A stretch of 64,000 nt of DNA from Candidatus Nanohaloarchaea archaeon (GTDB lineage Archaea > Nanohalarchaeota > Nanosalinia > Nanosalinales > Nanosalinaceae): assembly GCA_014297435.1 (NCBI GenBank), contig JACOQA010000002.1:96001-160000 (forward strand). Direction: 5' to 3'. Each line of letters starts with the position of its first letter. Position 1 is the stretch's first letter. The position numbers and the translations under genes were made by a program. This document shows positions 50,995 through 61,285 of this stretch, in pieces. A model generated the notes under the pieces. It saw only the letters and a program-made list of their open reading frames with translations. It was not told where the DNA came from and did not search any database.

Positions 50995-51693
50995 TTACTG
51001 GAAGAAAACCCCTTCTTCAGGTACAGGCTTGAACTCAGCCTGGCGGGTCTTGGTCTGTACAGGCTCTTCTCCGTGATACTTCCTGAGGTACTGGAAGTAC
51101 TCTCTTGTTTTCTCCCGTGCATACTCCCCATCATAGTCGATTCTTTCCTCTCCCACGTAGAACATGAAAGCCCACCTGAAGAACTTGTTGAGAGGCCTTG
51201 TAACTATTCTAGGCAAGAACTGTATTCCCTGAGGCATATCGTACTTGATGTATGTTCTTACAAGATATTCGATTCCTCCAAAGTCGTTTTCTCCTGATGG
51301 TGGTGTTCGGGTTCTTAAACGAGTCTTTATCTTCATGCTGGCGCCGAAACTTCCCCCATTACTCGGCAGATCTCCTTTAATGTTCATAGTGGAGCGGAAA
51401 TCGTTCGAATCCTTATTCTGCATGAAGAACTCTTCCTTGGGGCGACCCATCTCCATGTTCTGCTTGAAGATATACTTGTGCTCCTCGTAGATCGAAGGAA
51501 TGTGGGGCGACTCGTACCATTCTACACGGTTCTGTATCTCCATCCAGTCGTTGAATATGTGGACATCGCTCCAGATATCATCGCCCTCGCCAAACTTGTG
51601 CTCTTCCCATTTACCGCCTTCCCCTATGTTGTAGGTTCCTGGCGTATGAAGCCATCCTAGAAGCTTCTTGTAGAATGGCGGTTCTTCGCTCAT
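50995..51693 (-). CDS. Hypothetical protein (paralog cluster member)
   Basis: 232 aa; shares the YEEHKY and C-terminal A.E...LR pattern with its neighbours. Confidence 0.75.
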   Translation of the reverse strand: MSEEPPFYKKLLGWLHTPGTYNIGEGGKWEEHKFGEGDDIWSDVHIFNDWMEIQNRVEWYESPHIPSIYEEHKYIFKQNMEMGRPKEEFFMQNKDSNDFRSTMNIKGDLPSNGGSFGASMKIKTRLRTRTPPSGENDFGGIEYLVRTYIKYDMPQGIQFLPRIVTRPLNKFFRWAFMFYVGEERIDYDGEYAREKTREYFQYLRKYHGEEPVQTKTRQAEFKPVPEEGVFFQ

Positions 51694-51699
51694 ATTATC

Positions 51700-52320
51700 C
51701 TAGCTCCAAGGAGGACTGTAATGGGAGGATCCGGAGCGGTGGATAGTTTTTTCGACTCCAAACTTCTCCCTCATCAGGTTTTGAATATGCACCATTATCT
51801 CTTCTGCCTCTTCCTCGTACATGTGGATCTCTTTTGAGTAAAATTTGTGGTACCAGATACCTGTAAGTATATCATAAAGCTTAGTCTTCTGGAAACGCGA
51901 CTTGTGTTCGCGGGAAAGACCTGGTTTATCCCAGTTATCCTCAGGAACTTCTTTCATTCCGCCCGGCTCCCAGGGAATAGGCGAGCTACCCGGATAAACT
52001 GTCAAAACTTTGGCCGATGTTTTAACACGGGCTTTATGTATATCATCAGGTCTTTCCATCTCGTAGATATCTTTAGGACGTTTCGCACGGAAACTAAGAT
52101 TGAAGTAAAGCGTTGTGTGCGGCGATTTTTCTTTGAACGCATGCATTCTTATCTTGTCCTTGGGCTTGGCGACGTTGAACTCCATCTTGCCTTCTTCTAT
52201 CCTATCGATATCGAACTCCTCGACAAGCAGGTCTTTCAAACCCCTGTAGATTCTAGCCGGATCCTCTTTTACGAAGAAATGGTCTTCTTTGGTGCCGGCA
52301 TCTTCCTCGTATAAAACCAT
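51700..52320 (-). CDS. Hypothetical protein (paralog cluster member)
   Basis: EDPARIYRGLKDLL, YHKFYSKE. Confidence 0.75.
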   Translation of the reverse strand: MVLYEEDAGTKEDHFFVKEDPARIYRGLKDLLVEEFDIDRIEEGKMEFNVAKPKDKIRMHAFKEKSPHTTLYFNLSFRAKRPKDIYEMERPDDIHKARVKTSAKVLTVYPGSSPIPWEPGGMKEVPEDNWDKPGLSREHKSRFQKTKLYDILTGIWYHKFYSKEIHMYEEEAEEIMVHIQNLMREKFGVEKTIHRSGSSHYSPPWS

Positions 52321-52322
52321 TT

Positions 52323-52766
52323 TTAGGTCTCCACCGTCTGTCTCAGTCTTGTCATAAGTTCTTCAACTTTTTCTTCAACCGCATGCTCCCATTCATGTCT
52401 TACTTCTCCGTAGAGAAACTTGTCGTAAAGCGCTCTATACGCATAGTACCACAGGTTGTCTTTCCATCCCTCCATCGGATAATGAGTTACGAGGCTTCCT
52501 TTGACCTGGACATCAAGTTCTCTGGAATCTTTTCTTATTACAAGAAATATCTCTAGCTCCATAACCGTGTGAGTGTCGAACTCTTCTACAGCGTTGATTC
52601 TTGAACGGACTGTGCCTTCATCTATATCGTGGTAGTATTTCTCCTCCACCACTTTGTCGAACGACATCCTGCGTTCTAAGAGGTCTTTTAGTTCGGGGTA
52701 GGCGGATTCGGGATCTTCCAATATAATGGTTTGTCTTCGGCGTACCGCCTCCTCGGTTATGTCCAT
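52323..52766 (-). CDS. Hypothetical protein (paralog cluster member)
   Basis: EDPESAYPELKDLL, YDKFLYGE. Confidence 0.75.
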   Translation of the reverse strand: MDITEEAVRRRQTIILEDPESAYPELKDLLERRMSFDKVVEEKYYHDIDEGTVRSRINAVEEFDTHTVMELEIFLVIRKDSRELDVQVKGSLVTHYPMEGWKDNLWYYAYRALYDKFLYGEVRHEWEHAVEEKVEELMTRLRQTVET

Positions 52767-52851
52767 AAACAGGGAATAGTCTTGAGTTGGATAAAAAACC
52801 AATCGCCTGAAAAAACATAGAAGAAAATATTGGAATGAGGGAAGAAAGTTT

Positions 52852-53388
52852 TTAGCGCCCTCTGCATTCAGGACACATCAACATTCCCTCGGACTCCATC
52901 AAGTTCTCGGAATAGTTCTCACATGATTCACATGTCCCAGACTGTGCCTCAGGTCGAGGTGTTGCTTCAGCGTCAAGCTCCTGCTCTTCCTCCATGATCT
53001 CTGCGAAGCCAGGCCATGCACGGATGATATCGCTCTGTGTCAAAATACCTACAAGCATGTCGTTCCTGACAACAGGGATTCTGGATACCTCGTTTCTAAT
53101 CATAGCCATCGCAACTTCGTCAAGAACCTCGTCTTCTTCAGCCACGATCAGGTCGGTGGACATTACGTCTTCTACCGTTATGTCACGCGGATCCTTGTTC
53201 TGTGATACGATATCGTAGACTATGTCTCTGCAGACGATTACACCTACAGCCTCTCCATCGTTAACTACAACAAGACCTCTGATGTTCTCTTCTTTGAGCA
53301 ATCTTGCTGCTTCTACTATAGTTTTGTCTTTCTCTACTGCAATAACCCCGTCGGTCATTACCTCTTTGATCTCAACTTCTCCATTCAT
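52852..53388 (-). CDS. CBS-domain protein with C-terminal zinc ribbon
   Basis: Two CBS repeats; CESC...CPEC. Confidence 0.88.
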   Translation of the reverse strand: MNGEVEIKEVMTDGVIAVEKDKTIVEAARLLKEENIRGLVVVNDGEAVGVIVCRDIVYDIVSQNKDPRDITVEDVMSTDLIVAEEDEVLDEVAMAMIRNEVSRIPVVRNDMLVGILTQSDIIRAWPGFAEIMEEEQELDAEATPRPEAQSGTCESCENYSENLMESEGMLMCPECRGR

Positions 53389-53442
53389 TCTGATCACCTA
53401 ACAAAAAGAAAAATGTGCAGACATCTTTATGATTCCTGCCTC

Positions 53443-56400
53443 TCAGCCAGTGAACTGTTTCAAACCGCTTTGCCTGTCGTCCTTACCGAAAAGGCTCTGA
53501 ATTGTCTTGTTCAGGATAAGTATCTCCTGTCTCGTGTAAGGCGAGATCTCAAAGTCCTCAATAATATCCTTTGCTGGCTGCATATACTTCTTCACAGTTC
53601 CCTCGGAAATCGTTAGAAGGACTTTTCCATCACACTCCGGGCACTCCGCAGTAGGCTTTCCAGAGGGGGCAATAGTCTGATTAGTCAAAGGAATTCTACG
53701 GAACTTTTCATTACAGTCAACACAACGCATTTTCTGTGAGGAGAACGCGTTCAAGTTACCCTTGATATCCGGGATAAAGTGCTTGTTGAGAAGTAGCTCT
53801 GCCACCTCATCCTCGTTTACCGCCTTGGTTTTCCTTCCTAGACCTAGCTGTGAGGAAGTTTTCTCGCTCATCTCATCCAAAGTAACGTACTCGGACTGAT
53901 TAGGACCATTTTCGATAGTAGAGGTTTCATGCGTATAACCGTGTCTGTATGGTTCATCAGAGTGAACGATGTCCTCACCTATCTCTATATCTGTATCAAG
54001 CTCCCATGGCTTCTTGTACTCCAAAGTCTCCTTGTAGAAACTTAATGGGTATTCGTCGACTGTTTCGGTAGCCCATGCCTCATCGTCAACCTCGTCAGCG
54101 TTCAAAACAGTTGAAAGGATTAATGGCGCATCCATCGTGTTGTGGGCGAATACGGGGTGTGGTCCGCAGAGGAAGTTCTGATGTCCGGGAACCTCCAGAT
54201 CGTATACGTAGTCGTTGCCATAATCAACCCTCTCGATTTTAACAACTCTTTCAACAGATACATCGCCTTCAACAGGTTTTGAAAGCGAATCTACGCCTTT
54301 CTCGAACAGCTTCTCAACCCTTTCCTTCGAAGCAGCCTTCATCCTGTTGTTTTTCCTGTCGTTAGCGAACTCTGTCTTAATTTCTTCATAGCTGTAATCG
54401 CTTTCACGAAGTTGTTTCCGGGCATCATCCAAAACCTCCCATAGTGGCCAAAACGGATCCTTTTCCCCCCATTCTGAATAGAGCACCTCCCATGTCTCTC
54501 CTGCTTTCCTTGTAGATGACTTATAACCTAGTTTCCTGACGAGAAGGGTTAGCTGTGTCGCCATCTCGCCACTCTTTGTGTAAAGTTTTGAGAAACCTTT
54601 CTCCTCATATATTGAGCCATCGCCAGCACGGTAAGCTTCAATAAAATCTCTAAGCTTGTCTTTTTCAGCTCCGAAGACAAAGCTTGGAACTGACTTTGAG
54701 TCAAAGTTCTCTCTTTCGAGACCTAGTTCTTCAAGCGCCTTCATGAATGTCGCCGGCACTCTGACAGCGTAACAGGTCTTCCTGTCCTCTCTAACGTCTT
54801 CCTTTATCTTAGGCTTTACGCCAGTCAGCTCTTCTATACATTTTGCCGCGTCTTCTATAATTTCCATATCGGTGTTGTAGATGTCGCCTCTGTCCAGGGC
54901 GCCTTCCGAAAGGAGATATCCTAGAAGCCGGTAGAGCTCTTTCGAGTCTTCGAAGTATCTATTTACAGGTTCAGCGTTAGCCCTCAAGCGGACCTTGCAC
55001 GAAGGAACAACCCCCACATCCTTGTAGAAACTAAGGGGTGCATCCCTTCTACCCGTCTTGTAACGGTATACGTTATTAGTTCCGTACTCCTCCGTCACCT
55101 CAGACGTTATCTGGGTCTCAAGTTCAGGTTTTAACTCCTTTCTCTCTTCATCGGGAACTTTAACGTAACAGTCTTCATCCTCAATAATTTCGAAGAGATC
55201 TACTTCTTCAGGAAGACCATCGGCTCCCAGTTCGGGGTTTGACGGAACAATCACACAATCTCCCTCTTCTAGTTCACGAACAGGTTTGGCTTCGATCTCG
55301 CTGCCTCTTGTCACGAAGACACTGTGATCGCCGGTAACAGAAATGCTACCTCTAGAAGTCTTTACGTTAAATACCTGTTTGTCGTTTTCGTGGCGAATCA
55401 GTGCAGTAACTTCTTCAAACTTTACGTTTCCGTCATTATCGAACGAAACTGCCTCTACATCATCTTCAAAACTTCTTGATACTTCAAATCCGTCCTCTCT
55501 GGTGACAAAACCCTCCTCCTCAAGAACCTCGTCGATCAACTCATCAGCTCTAGGAGATTCAATCTCCCCATTTCTTCTAACCGTTAGTCTAGTATCCTTT
55601 GTAATACTTCGCGCCCCCGTCATATCAGGCAGGAAATCGCGTGAGAAGTTCAGTAAGCCGTCCATAAGCAGTAGAATGGCATCCTCGTCCCCATCCGCAT
55701 TCCTGCGCTTCGCTGCGTGCCAGTAAGGGTGTGCGTAGATCCCTTTAGCTTTTGTGAAACCTATTATTCTGCCTACCGTTCCTCCTGATGTGTGAGGCGC
55801 TAATCCAATTACTAGAGATCCTACGAGGTCTTCTTTTTCTTCTACGTTGTAGTATGGTTCGAGACCGTAGAACTGTTCTAATAGGTCGTCGATGAAGTTT
55901 GCGACTCTGACAAAGTAGTCTGAAGCCGCCAACGTGTTTTCGCCATCAGGGATAATGATATCCTGAGGTTTCAACGCAACAACCTGATTATCGTCCTCCA
56001 AAGGTTCGCCGTCGACATCTTCTTTGTAACCGTTTTCTCTCAGTTTCTCGACAGATACAGAGATCTCCTTGGGTTTGAAATGTGTCATCGGTATGTCGGA
56101 GGCGTCGTAGCGAACGGTACCGTCCTTGTTGACGTAGAGATCGTGTTTCTCTCTTAACAATCCTTTTTCTATAGGTTCTACGTGTTTGTTTTTCCCGCTC
56201 ATACCTCTAACAGATTTCAAGAGTTCAGGCATATGCCGCATCCCCAAGTTATCCATCGCGTCGTCAACCAATGATTCAACGTCAATATCTGTCCATTTAT
56301 ACCTGTTAATTCTTTCGTCGCCACATTGTCGGCACTGATCTGCTTCCTCATGATGTTCATGACCGCAGCTGCTGCAGAACCATACAGGATCTGCTGGAGA

Positions 56401-58395
56401 GCCGCAGTTAGGACAGTAAGAGAAATACGTAAGGTTTTCACAGTCCGTGCATCTGTTATGTACTATTCCTTCGTTTACTGTTCCTTTGTTGTATGATGCA
56501 GTCAGGTTTCTCATCCTTCCGCCTTCTTCCTTCCCGCAAGGGAACAGTAGCTGTGGTTTCCCCTTGATGGTTCTTCTTTCAGCTTTCTCCGGACGCCCCA
56601 TCCTTGAACCAAGATAGTGAGGGCACTGCTCTCTTACTTCGATACCTGAAACAGATTCAATGAACCCCGGTATATCCTTAGAGGATTCAATTTTTTCTAA
56701 CTCTTCGTTATTATCTTCGTGAGGTCTTAGAAGACCTTTCATCACTTTAAGATCTTTCTTCCTTATCTTGATCTTTTCGTCCTGCTGCTTGTGCTGTACA
56801 AGAATGTCTTCCAAGGCTTTCTTTGTTTTCTCTCCCTTAATCTCTCCTTCCTCAAGAGAGCTGTAGAGTGCTTTGAAGTTTTCGACCGGGGTTTCCCGCC
56901 AGTGGTATGTCCATTTCGGATGCATCGGGATATCAAGCTTCTTCGAGATCTTGAAAGCTTCCTTCGGACTAGGATCTCTTTCAGTAAAGTCCCGACCAAG
57001 CTTTACTCCTTTCTCCTCTAAAGCTTTCTCAAGCTCTTTCTCCCACCACTCCTCGACGTAAGGCGATGGAAGTAGTTTCTTTCCGTTCTCTACAAACTCC
57101 CCGTACGGAACAAGCATATCACCTAGGAAAAGTATTTCGTCGACTCTTTTCTCGAGTTCCCGTGCTTTCTCACGTGTCTCAACCTTTACGACATCGCCGT
57201 TTTTTAGACGTACAACAGGAGGATGAATAGAGTCGCAAGGAGTTCCTACTGTAGCCTTTCCAGGGTATTCGATCTTCAGCTGTGTTCCTATCGCGATAAA
57301 ACGTTCAGTTACTTCCATCGTTGCTGGATGGAATGAGGCTGCTGCAAGACCGTTTGTTCTTGAGTGACCGTATCTCAGCCTGAAACCACCTTTCTTCCCC
57401 GGATGACCAAAAATCGGTCTACCTGCGGTTAAAGAACCTAGGAACTTGTCGCTCGGCGTGTATTTAGACTTATCCTCTTCTTCATCTCCCTCATCCTCAT
57501 CGTCGCTCGAGTGGATCTCTTTCTGTAGATCTAGGTAGTCTCCTACCCATTCCCAGTGTTCAAGACCGAATTCTTTACCCCATTTTTCGATACGTTTCTT
57601 GATCTTAGGGGCTTTGAGCGGGAGTCCGTCTAGATAGACGAGACACATTCCTCCTCTAATCCTGTTAGTATCTATTCTTTCGAGGTCTTTGTAATTTGAG
57701 ACGTCAAGTGATTCGGTTGGCGACCCCGTGACTTCGATTGGAACGTTGTCTGCGATCATCTCAGTCTCTTCACGCGTAGGATTATACTGCTTTGCGGTAA
57801 CCCTGTTGTAATAGTCTTCTACCTCTGCGCCGTATCTTTTCACGACAGTTTCTGAAGGCTTGAATTCATCGAGATCTACTCCTATCCTTACGTAGTCTGA
57901 TAGAAGTACGGACATGGCGGATGCAGTTCCTCCCGCAGAACGGATAGGTCCTGAGTAGTATACCGCCAAGTACTCCGTTCCATCGTTATTTTCACGGATC
58001 TTAATCTCTCCAATACCTTCAAGAGGCGCTGTGGTGATACCTCCTGTCATGTAGGATACTCCGACCCTTATTCCTGCGTTACAGGCTCTTTCCTTATCTT
58101 CAAAATCATAGAAGTTGCCTTCTGCGATTTCTCTGGCGATTGAGAACGCTACACGCTCATCGTTTTTACCGTACTCGTCTTCAAGCTCACGTATTCTTTC
58201 CGCGACACCTTGATCTTCGAGTTCCGGGAACTTTGCGGCGATTACCAGGCTTGAAGCCTTTTCAGGTAGATCTGTGGCGACAGGAATGTCTACCCTTTGC
58301 TCCGGGTCTTTGGATTGTTCTCTGGCTTTCTCCGCCACATCATACGCTTTATCTGTTTCCTCCGAAATTCGTTCAAAGTATTTTTCAGTATCCAT
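53443..58395 (-). CDS. polC: DNA polymerase D large subunit DP2, intein-containing
   Basis: GPIRSAGGT, GGFRLRYG, KDGTVRYD, HAAKRRNADGDED, zinc fingers, C-terminal PIP box. Confidence 0.96.
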   Translation of the reverse strand: MDTEKYFERISEETDKAYDVAEKAREQSKDPEQRVDIPVATDLPEKASSLVIAAKFPELEDQGVAERIRELEDEYGKNDERVAFSIAREIAEGNFYDFEDKERACNAGIRVGVSYMTGGITTAPLEGIGEIKIRENNDGTEYLAVYYSGPIRSAGGTASAMSVLLSDYVRIGVDLDEFKPSETVVKRYGAEVEDYYNRVTAKQYNPTREETEMIADNVPIEVTGSPTESLDVSNYKDLERIDTNRIRGGMCLVYLDGLPLKAPKIKKRIEKWGKEFGLEHWEWVGDYLDLQKEIHSSDDEDEGDEEEDKSKYTPSDKFLGSLTAGRPIFGHPGKKGGFRLRYGHSRTNGLAAASFHPATMEVTERFIAIGTQLKIEYPGKATVGTPCDSIHPPVVRLKNGDVVKVETREKARELEKRVDEILFLGDMLVPYGEFVENGKKLLPSPYVEEWWEKELEKALEEKGVKLGRDFTERDPSPKEAFKISKKLDIPMHPKWTYHWRETPVENFKALYSSLEEGEIKGEKTKKALEDILVQHKQQDEKIKIRKKDLKVMKGLLRPHEDNNEELEKIESSKDIPGFIESVSGIEVREQCPHYLGSRMGRPEKAERRTIKGKPQLLFPCGKEEGGRMRNLTASYNKGTVNEGIVHNRCTDCENLTYFSYCPNCGSPADPVWFCSSCGHEHHEEADQCRQCGDERINRYKWTDIDVESLVDDAMDNLGMRHMPELLKSVRGMSGKNKHVEPIEKGLLREKHDLYVNKDGTVRYDASDIPMTHFKPKEISVSVEKLRENGYKEDVDGEPLEDDNQVVALKPQDIIIPDGENTLAASDYFVRVANFIDDLLEQFYGLEPYYNVEEKEDLVGSLVIGLAPHTSGGTVGRIIGFTKAKGIYAHPYWHAAKRRNADGDEDAILLLMDGLLNFSRDFLPDMTGARSITKDTRLTVRRNGEIESPRADELIDEVLEEEGFVTREDGFEVSRSFEDDVEAVSFDNDGNVKFEEVTALIRHENDKQVFNVKTSRGSISVTGDHSVFVTRGSEIEAKPVRELEEGDCVIVPSNPELGADGLPEEVDLFEIIEDEDCYVKVPDEERKELKPELETQITSEVTEEYGTNNVYRYKTGRRDAPLSFYKDVGVVPSCKVRLRANAEPVNRYFEDSKELYRLLGYLLSEGALDRGDIYNTDMEIIEDAAKCIEELTGVKPKIKEDVREDRKTCYAVRVPATFMKALEELGLERENFDSKSVPSFVFGAEKDKLRDFIEAYRAGDGSIYEEKGFSKLYTKSGEMATQLTLLVRKLGYKSSTRKAGETWEVLYSEWGEKDPFWPLWEVLDDARKQLRESDYSYEEIKTEFANDRKNNRMKAASKERVEKLFEKGVDSLSKPVEGDVSVERVVKIERVDYGNDYVYDLEVPGHQNFLCGPHPVFAHNTMDAPLILSTVLNADEVDDEAWATETVDEYPLSFYKETLEYKKPWELDTDIEIGEDIVHSDEPYRHGYTHETSTIENGPNQSEYVTLDEMSEKTSSQLGLGRKTKAVNEDEVAELLLNKHFIPDIKGNLNAFSSQKMRCVDCNEKFRRIPLTNQTIAPSGKPTAECPECDGKVLLTISEGTVKKYMQPAKDIIEDFEISPYTRQEILILNKTIQSLFGKDDRQSGLKQFTG
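54139..55608 (-). mobile_element. Intein with LAGLIDADG homing endonuclease (490 aa) in DP2
   Basis: Starts SITKDT; block B VTGDHSVF; LLGYLLSEG and AYRAGDGSI; ends YVYDLEV...FAHN followed by Thr+1. Confidence 0.92.
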
Positions 58396-58404
58396 TTTAA
58401 TCCT

Positions 58405-60006
58405 CTAGACAAACTTCTTGACTCTTGTATTCCGGTTTTTGAAGTTAACAAGCGTGACTTTTCCAGGGTCTGGCTCGTGACCTACACGTTTCTGGAAATC
58501 TGTCTGTCCCTGAAAGCTTGACGAGTTGATAACGTTCACACCTTTGTAGCTTTCGTTGCAGTGGCTGTGGAAGTGACCTGAAACAAATACATCAGGCTGC
58601 TCTTCGATTACAAGATAATCCTCCTTTTCAGGACTCATCTGGTTAGAACCGTAAGTAGGCGCGAGATGTCTTCTTTTCAGTAGATCTATCATGACGTGTT
58701 GTGGTTCTTCATACGCTTTCTCTCTCAAGTCCTGTATCTGGTCGACGTGTGGATCGAAACTATGACCGTGATACATCAGGTTCTTGATGCCTTTCGACTT
58801 GATTCCGTGAAGACGTACCATCTGAGGGTTTTGAACCCTGTGGAAGTTGTTGAAGTCTTTAATCGTCGGGAAGACTTTTTTCGGAAGCTTGGGCTGCGGC
58901 TCCTCTAATCTCGTTATATCGTGGTTTCCTGGAGATGCGATTATCTGAACTCTTTCCGGTATTTTTTCGACCCAGTTCTCGAAAAGCTCGTACTGGTTGT
59001 AAATATCTGTAACTTCAAGCTCGTCCTCTTGACCTGGGTAAACTCCTACGCCTTCGACTAGATCTCCCGTAATTACGAGGTAGCCGACTTTTCTCGCATC
59101 TTTTGATCCAAGCCATTCCGCAAACTTGTCAAGCTTATCGTGCGTCGTGTCCTTCGAACCCATGTGAAGATCCGATATGTATGCCGCTTCAACTTCTTGC
59201 TCAGTGGTGTTTACGCCTTGGGGTATAGGCAGGTCGGCTCTGACAACATTATTAGCGTAGACTATGTCCCCGCCCATAGAACCGATTACGCCTATAACCT
59301 CATCCTGTACTATTCTTTCGCCCTCTCTTTCATCGACCAGCGCCTTGAAAGTGGCTGTCTTGTCCTCAAGCTCTACAATCCATTTGCCTGAGTTTGTGGA
59401 GTACTTGTCTTTAACTAGACCTATAGCGGATGCATCTTCGCCTTCGTTTCTTCTTTCTAAACGGTTGAGAGTGGTTGCGGATTGCAACTCTTTTCTCCGC
59501 ATTAAAAGCTTCTTCATCTTCTCGTAACGATTGTTGTAGTATTTCAAGAACTCTGGAACATCTTTCTTTTCTCTTTCAATCTCCTGAGGATCCATCACCT
59601 CCACTTTTGTCCTCAAGTCGTTTCTGTCCCCCCTGTCCATTATCTCGACCTTCTTGGAACCTGATTTTTCTCTACTCTTATCACTGTTTTCTTGAACATC
59701 ATTTGTTTCCTGTTTCTCATCAGAACTTTGACTTTCCTCTTCTTCCTGAACCGGTTTTTCAACTAGCACGCCCCCGTTCGAAGCATGCTCGGAACCATTC
59801 GGTTTTTCGGAACTTCCATTAGGTTGGGATCCGTTCGGTTGTGGAGACTTCTTCCTCAGATTAGAAAGCATCGCCTCAGAAATATACATAGGAGTTGTAT
59901 CAAGGCTTTTGATCGCCTCAATATCTTCCTCCGTTATCTTTTCAGCTGCATCTTTTCCTACGATACAGCCTTCTTTGGTTAATTGCTTTAGTGCTTGCTT
60001 GTTCAA
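58405..60006 (-). CDS. DNA polymerase D small subunit DP1
   Basis: SDLHMGS, GDLVEG, PGNHD, YHG, RRHLAP, GHFH. Confidence 0.94.
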   Translation of the reverse strand: MNKQALKQLTKEGCIVGKDAAEKITEEDIEAIKSLDTTPMYISEAMLSNLRKKSPQPNGSQPNGSSEKPNGSEHASNGGVLVEKPVQEEEESQSSDEKQETNDVQENSDKSREKSGSKKVEIMDRGDRNDLRTKVEVMDPQEIEREKKDVPEFLKYYNNRYEKMKKLLMRRKELQSATTLNRLERRNEGEDASAIGLVKDKYSTNSGKWIVELEDKTATFKALVDEREGERIVQDEVIGVIGSMGGDIVYANNVVRADLPIPQGVNTTEQEVEAAYISDLHMGSKDTTHDKLDKFAEWLGSKDARKVGYLVITGDLVEGVGVYPGQEDELEVTDIYNQYELFENWVEKIPERVQIIASPGNHDITRLEEPQPKLPKKVFPTIKDFNNFHRVQNPQMVRLHGIKSKGIKNLMYHGHSFDPHVDQIQDLREKAYEEPQHVMIDLLKRRHLAPTYGSNQMSPEKEDYLVIEEQPDVFVSGHFHSHCNESYKGVNVINSSSFQGQTDFQKRVGHEPDPGKVTLVNFKNRNTRVKKFV

Positions 60007-60033
60007 ACTTGAATCCCTCCCCCAAACTAAGAT

Positions 60034-61245
60034 CTATATGTAAAACTTTTCTTCTACGAGTTCGTTGATCTGACCTCTAATATCTTCGGAAAGATCGACG
60101 GATATCTGTCTTGTTCTTCCGTAACGCCCTTTCGAAATAACCTTGGCGTTGATAACCCCCAACATGTCAAGCTCAGATATCAGTCCTGAAACTCTTCTCT
60201 GCGTAAGCTTTGAGACATCTACGTCCTGGCAAAGCTCTTTATATTCACTGTAAACATCTCCTGTCGCTATCTCATCTTCATCCTCCGTCATATCAAGTAT
60301 AGTGTAGAGAACAAGTTTCGAGTGCTTAGGCTGATTCCTCACTGTTTCGACCACTCTGTCTCTTTCAATCTTCTCCTGTGCCTGGTCGACGTGATCGGTA
60401 GCTACTTCTTCGCTGCTGGATCTTTCTGCCAGTTCTCCTGCAACACGGATAAGATCTAATGCTCTTCTTGCGTCGCCATGTTCTTGAGCGGCTAAAGCAG
60501 AACATTTCGAGATAACTCCTTCCTCTAAAGTATCTTCAACAAATCCTTTTTCCGCCCTGTCCTTCAAAATTTCTCTAAGTTCTATCGCGTTGTAAGGCGG
60601 GAAGATTATCTCCTCTTCTGAAAGTGAGGACTTTACTCTTGAGTCCATGTACTCCGTAAAGTTTAGGTCGTTCGAAATCCCTACAATAGAAACTTTTGTT
60701 TCATCTAAGTCGTCGTTGATTCTTGTAAGGTTGTATAGGAATTCGTCTCCGACTTTTTTGACTAATGCATCGATTTCGTCTAATGCAATTATTACTACAC
60801 CTTTCTGTTCCTGTAGTGCTTCGAAGAAACGGTTGTAAACCTCATCGGTCGGAAGTCCTGTGCTTGGTACATCGTCTCCTAACTGTCCTGCAAGCTTAGC
60901 AAGTAAGCGGTACTCTGTATCGGCTACCTTCTTCATCTTACAGTTTATGTATACAATATTAAGGTCGACGTCCTCGTCTTCGGCAACATCGTTTAACTCA
61001 CCTGTAACGTGCTTTGTAATTAAGGTCTTCCCTGTCCCTACAGAACCGTAGATGAAGACGTTTGATGGATCGTCTCCTCGGAGGCTTGGTGCCAGAATGG
61101 ATGCGAGGTTGTTGATCTGCTGGTCCCTATGTAGTATGTTGTCAGGTTTCCAGTTGGTCGTAAGAGCGTCCTTGTTTTTGAAACAAGATTTCTTGTCGAT
61201 GTAGTCAGAGAACATCGACTTCAGGTTGCCCTGACTCAAAACCAT
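60034..61245 (-). CDS. cdc6: Orc1/Cdc6 replication initiator
   Basis: GSVGTGKT, LDEID, GDARRAL, C-terminal wHTH GRYGRT. Confidence 0.96.
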   Translation of the reverse strand: MVLSQGNLKSMFSDYIDKKSCFKNKDALTTNWKPDNILHRDQQINNLASILAPSLRGDDPSNVFIYGSVGTGKTLITKHVTGELNDVAEDEDVDLNIVYINCKMKKVADTEYRLLAKLAGQLGDDVPSTGLPTDEVYNRFFEALQEQKGVVIIALDEIDALVKKVGDEFLYNLTRINDDLDETKVSIVGISNDLNFTEYMDSRVKSSLSEEEIIFPPYNAIELREILKDRAEKGFVEDTLEEGVISKCSALAAQEHGDARRALDLIRVAGELAERSSSEEVATDHVDQAQEKIERDRVVETVRNQPKHSKLVLYTILDMTEDEDEIATGDVYSEYKELCQDVDVSKLTQRRVSGLISELDMLGVINAKVISKGRYGRTRQISVDLSEDIRGQINELVEEKFYI

Positions 61246-61285
61246 TCCCCTCTGTAGAAGTGCATTTGTTTTTGCCCCCGTGTTG

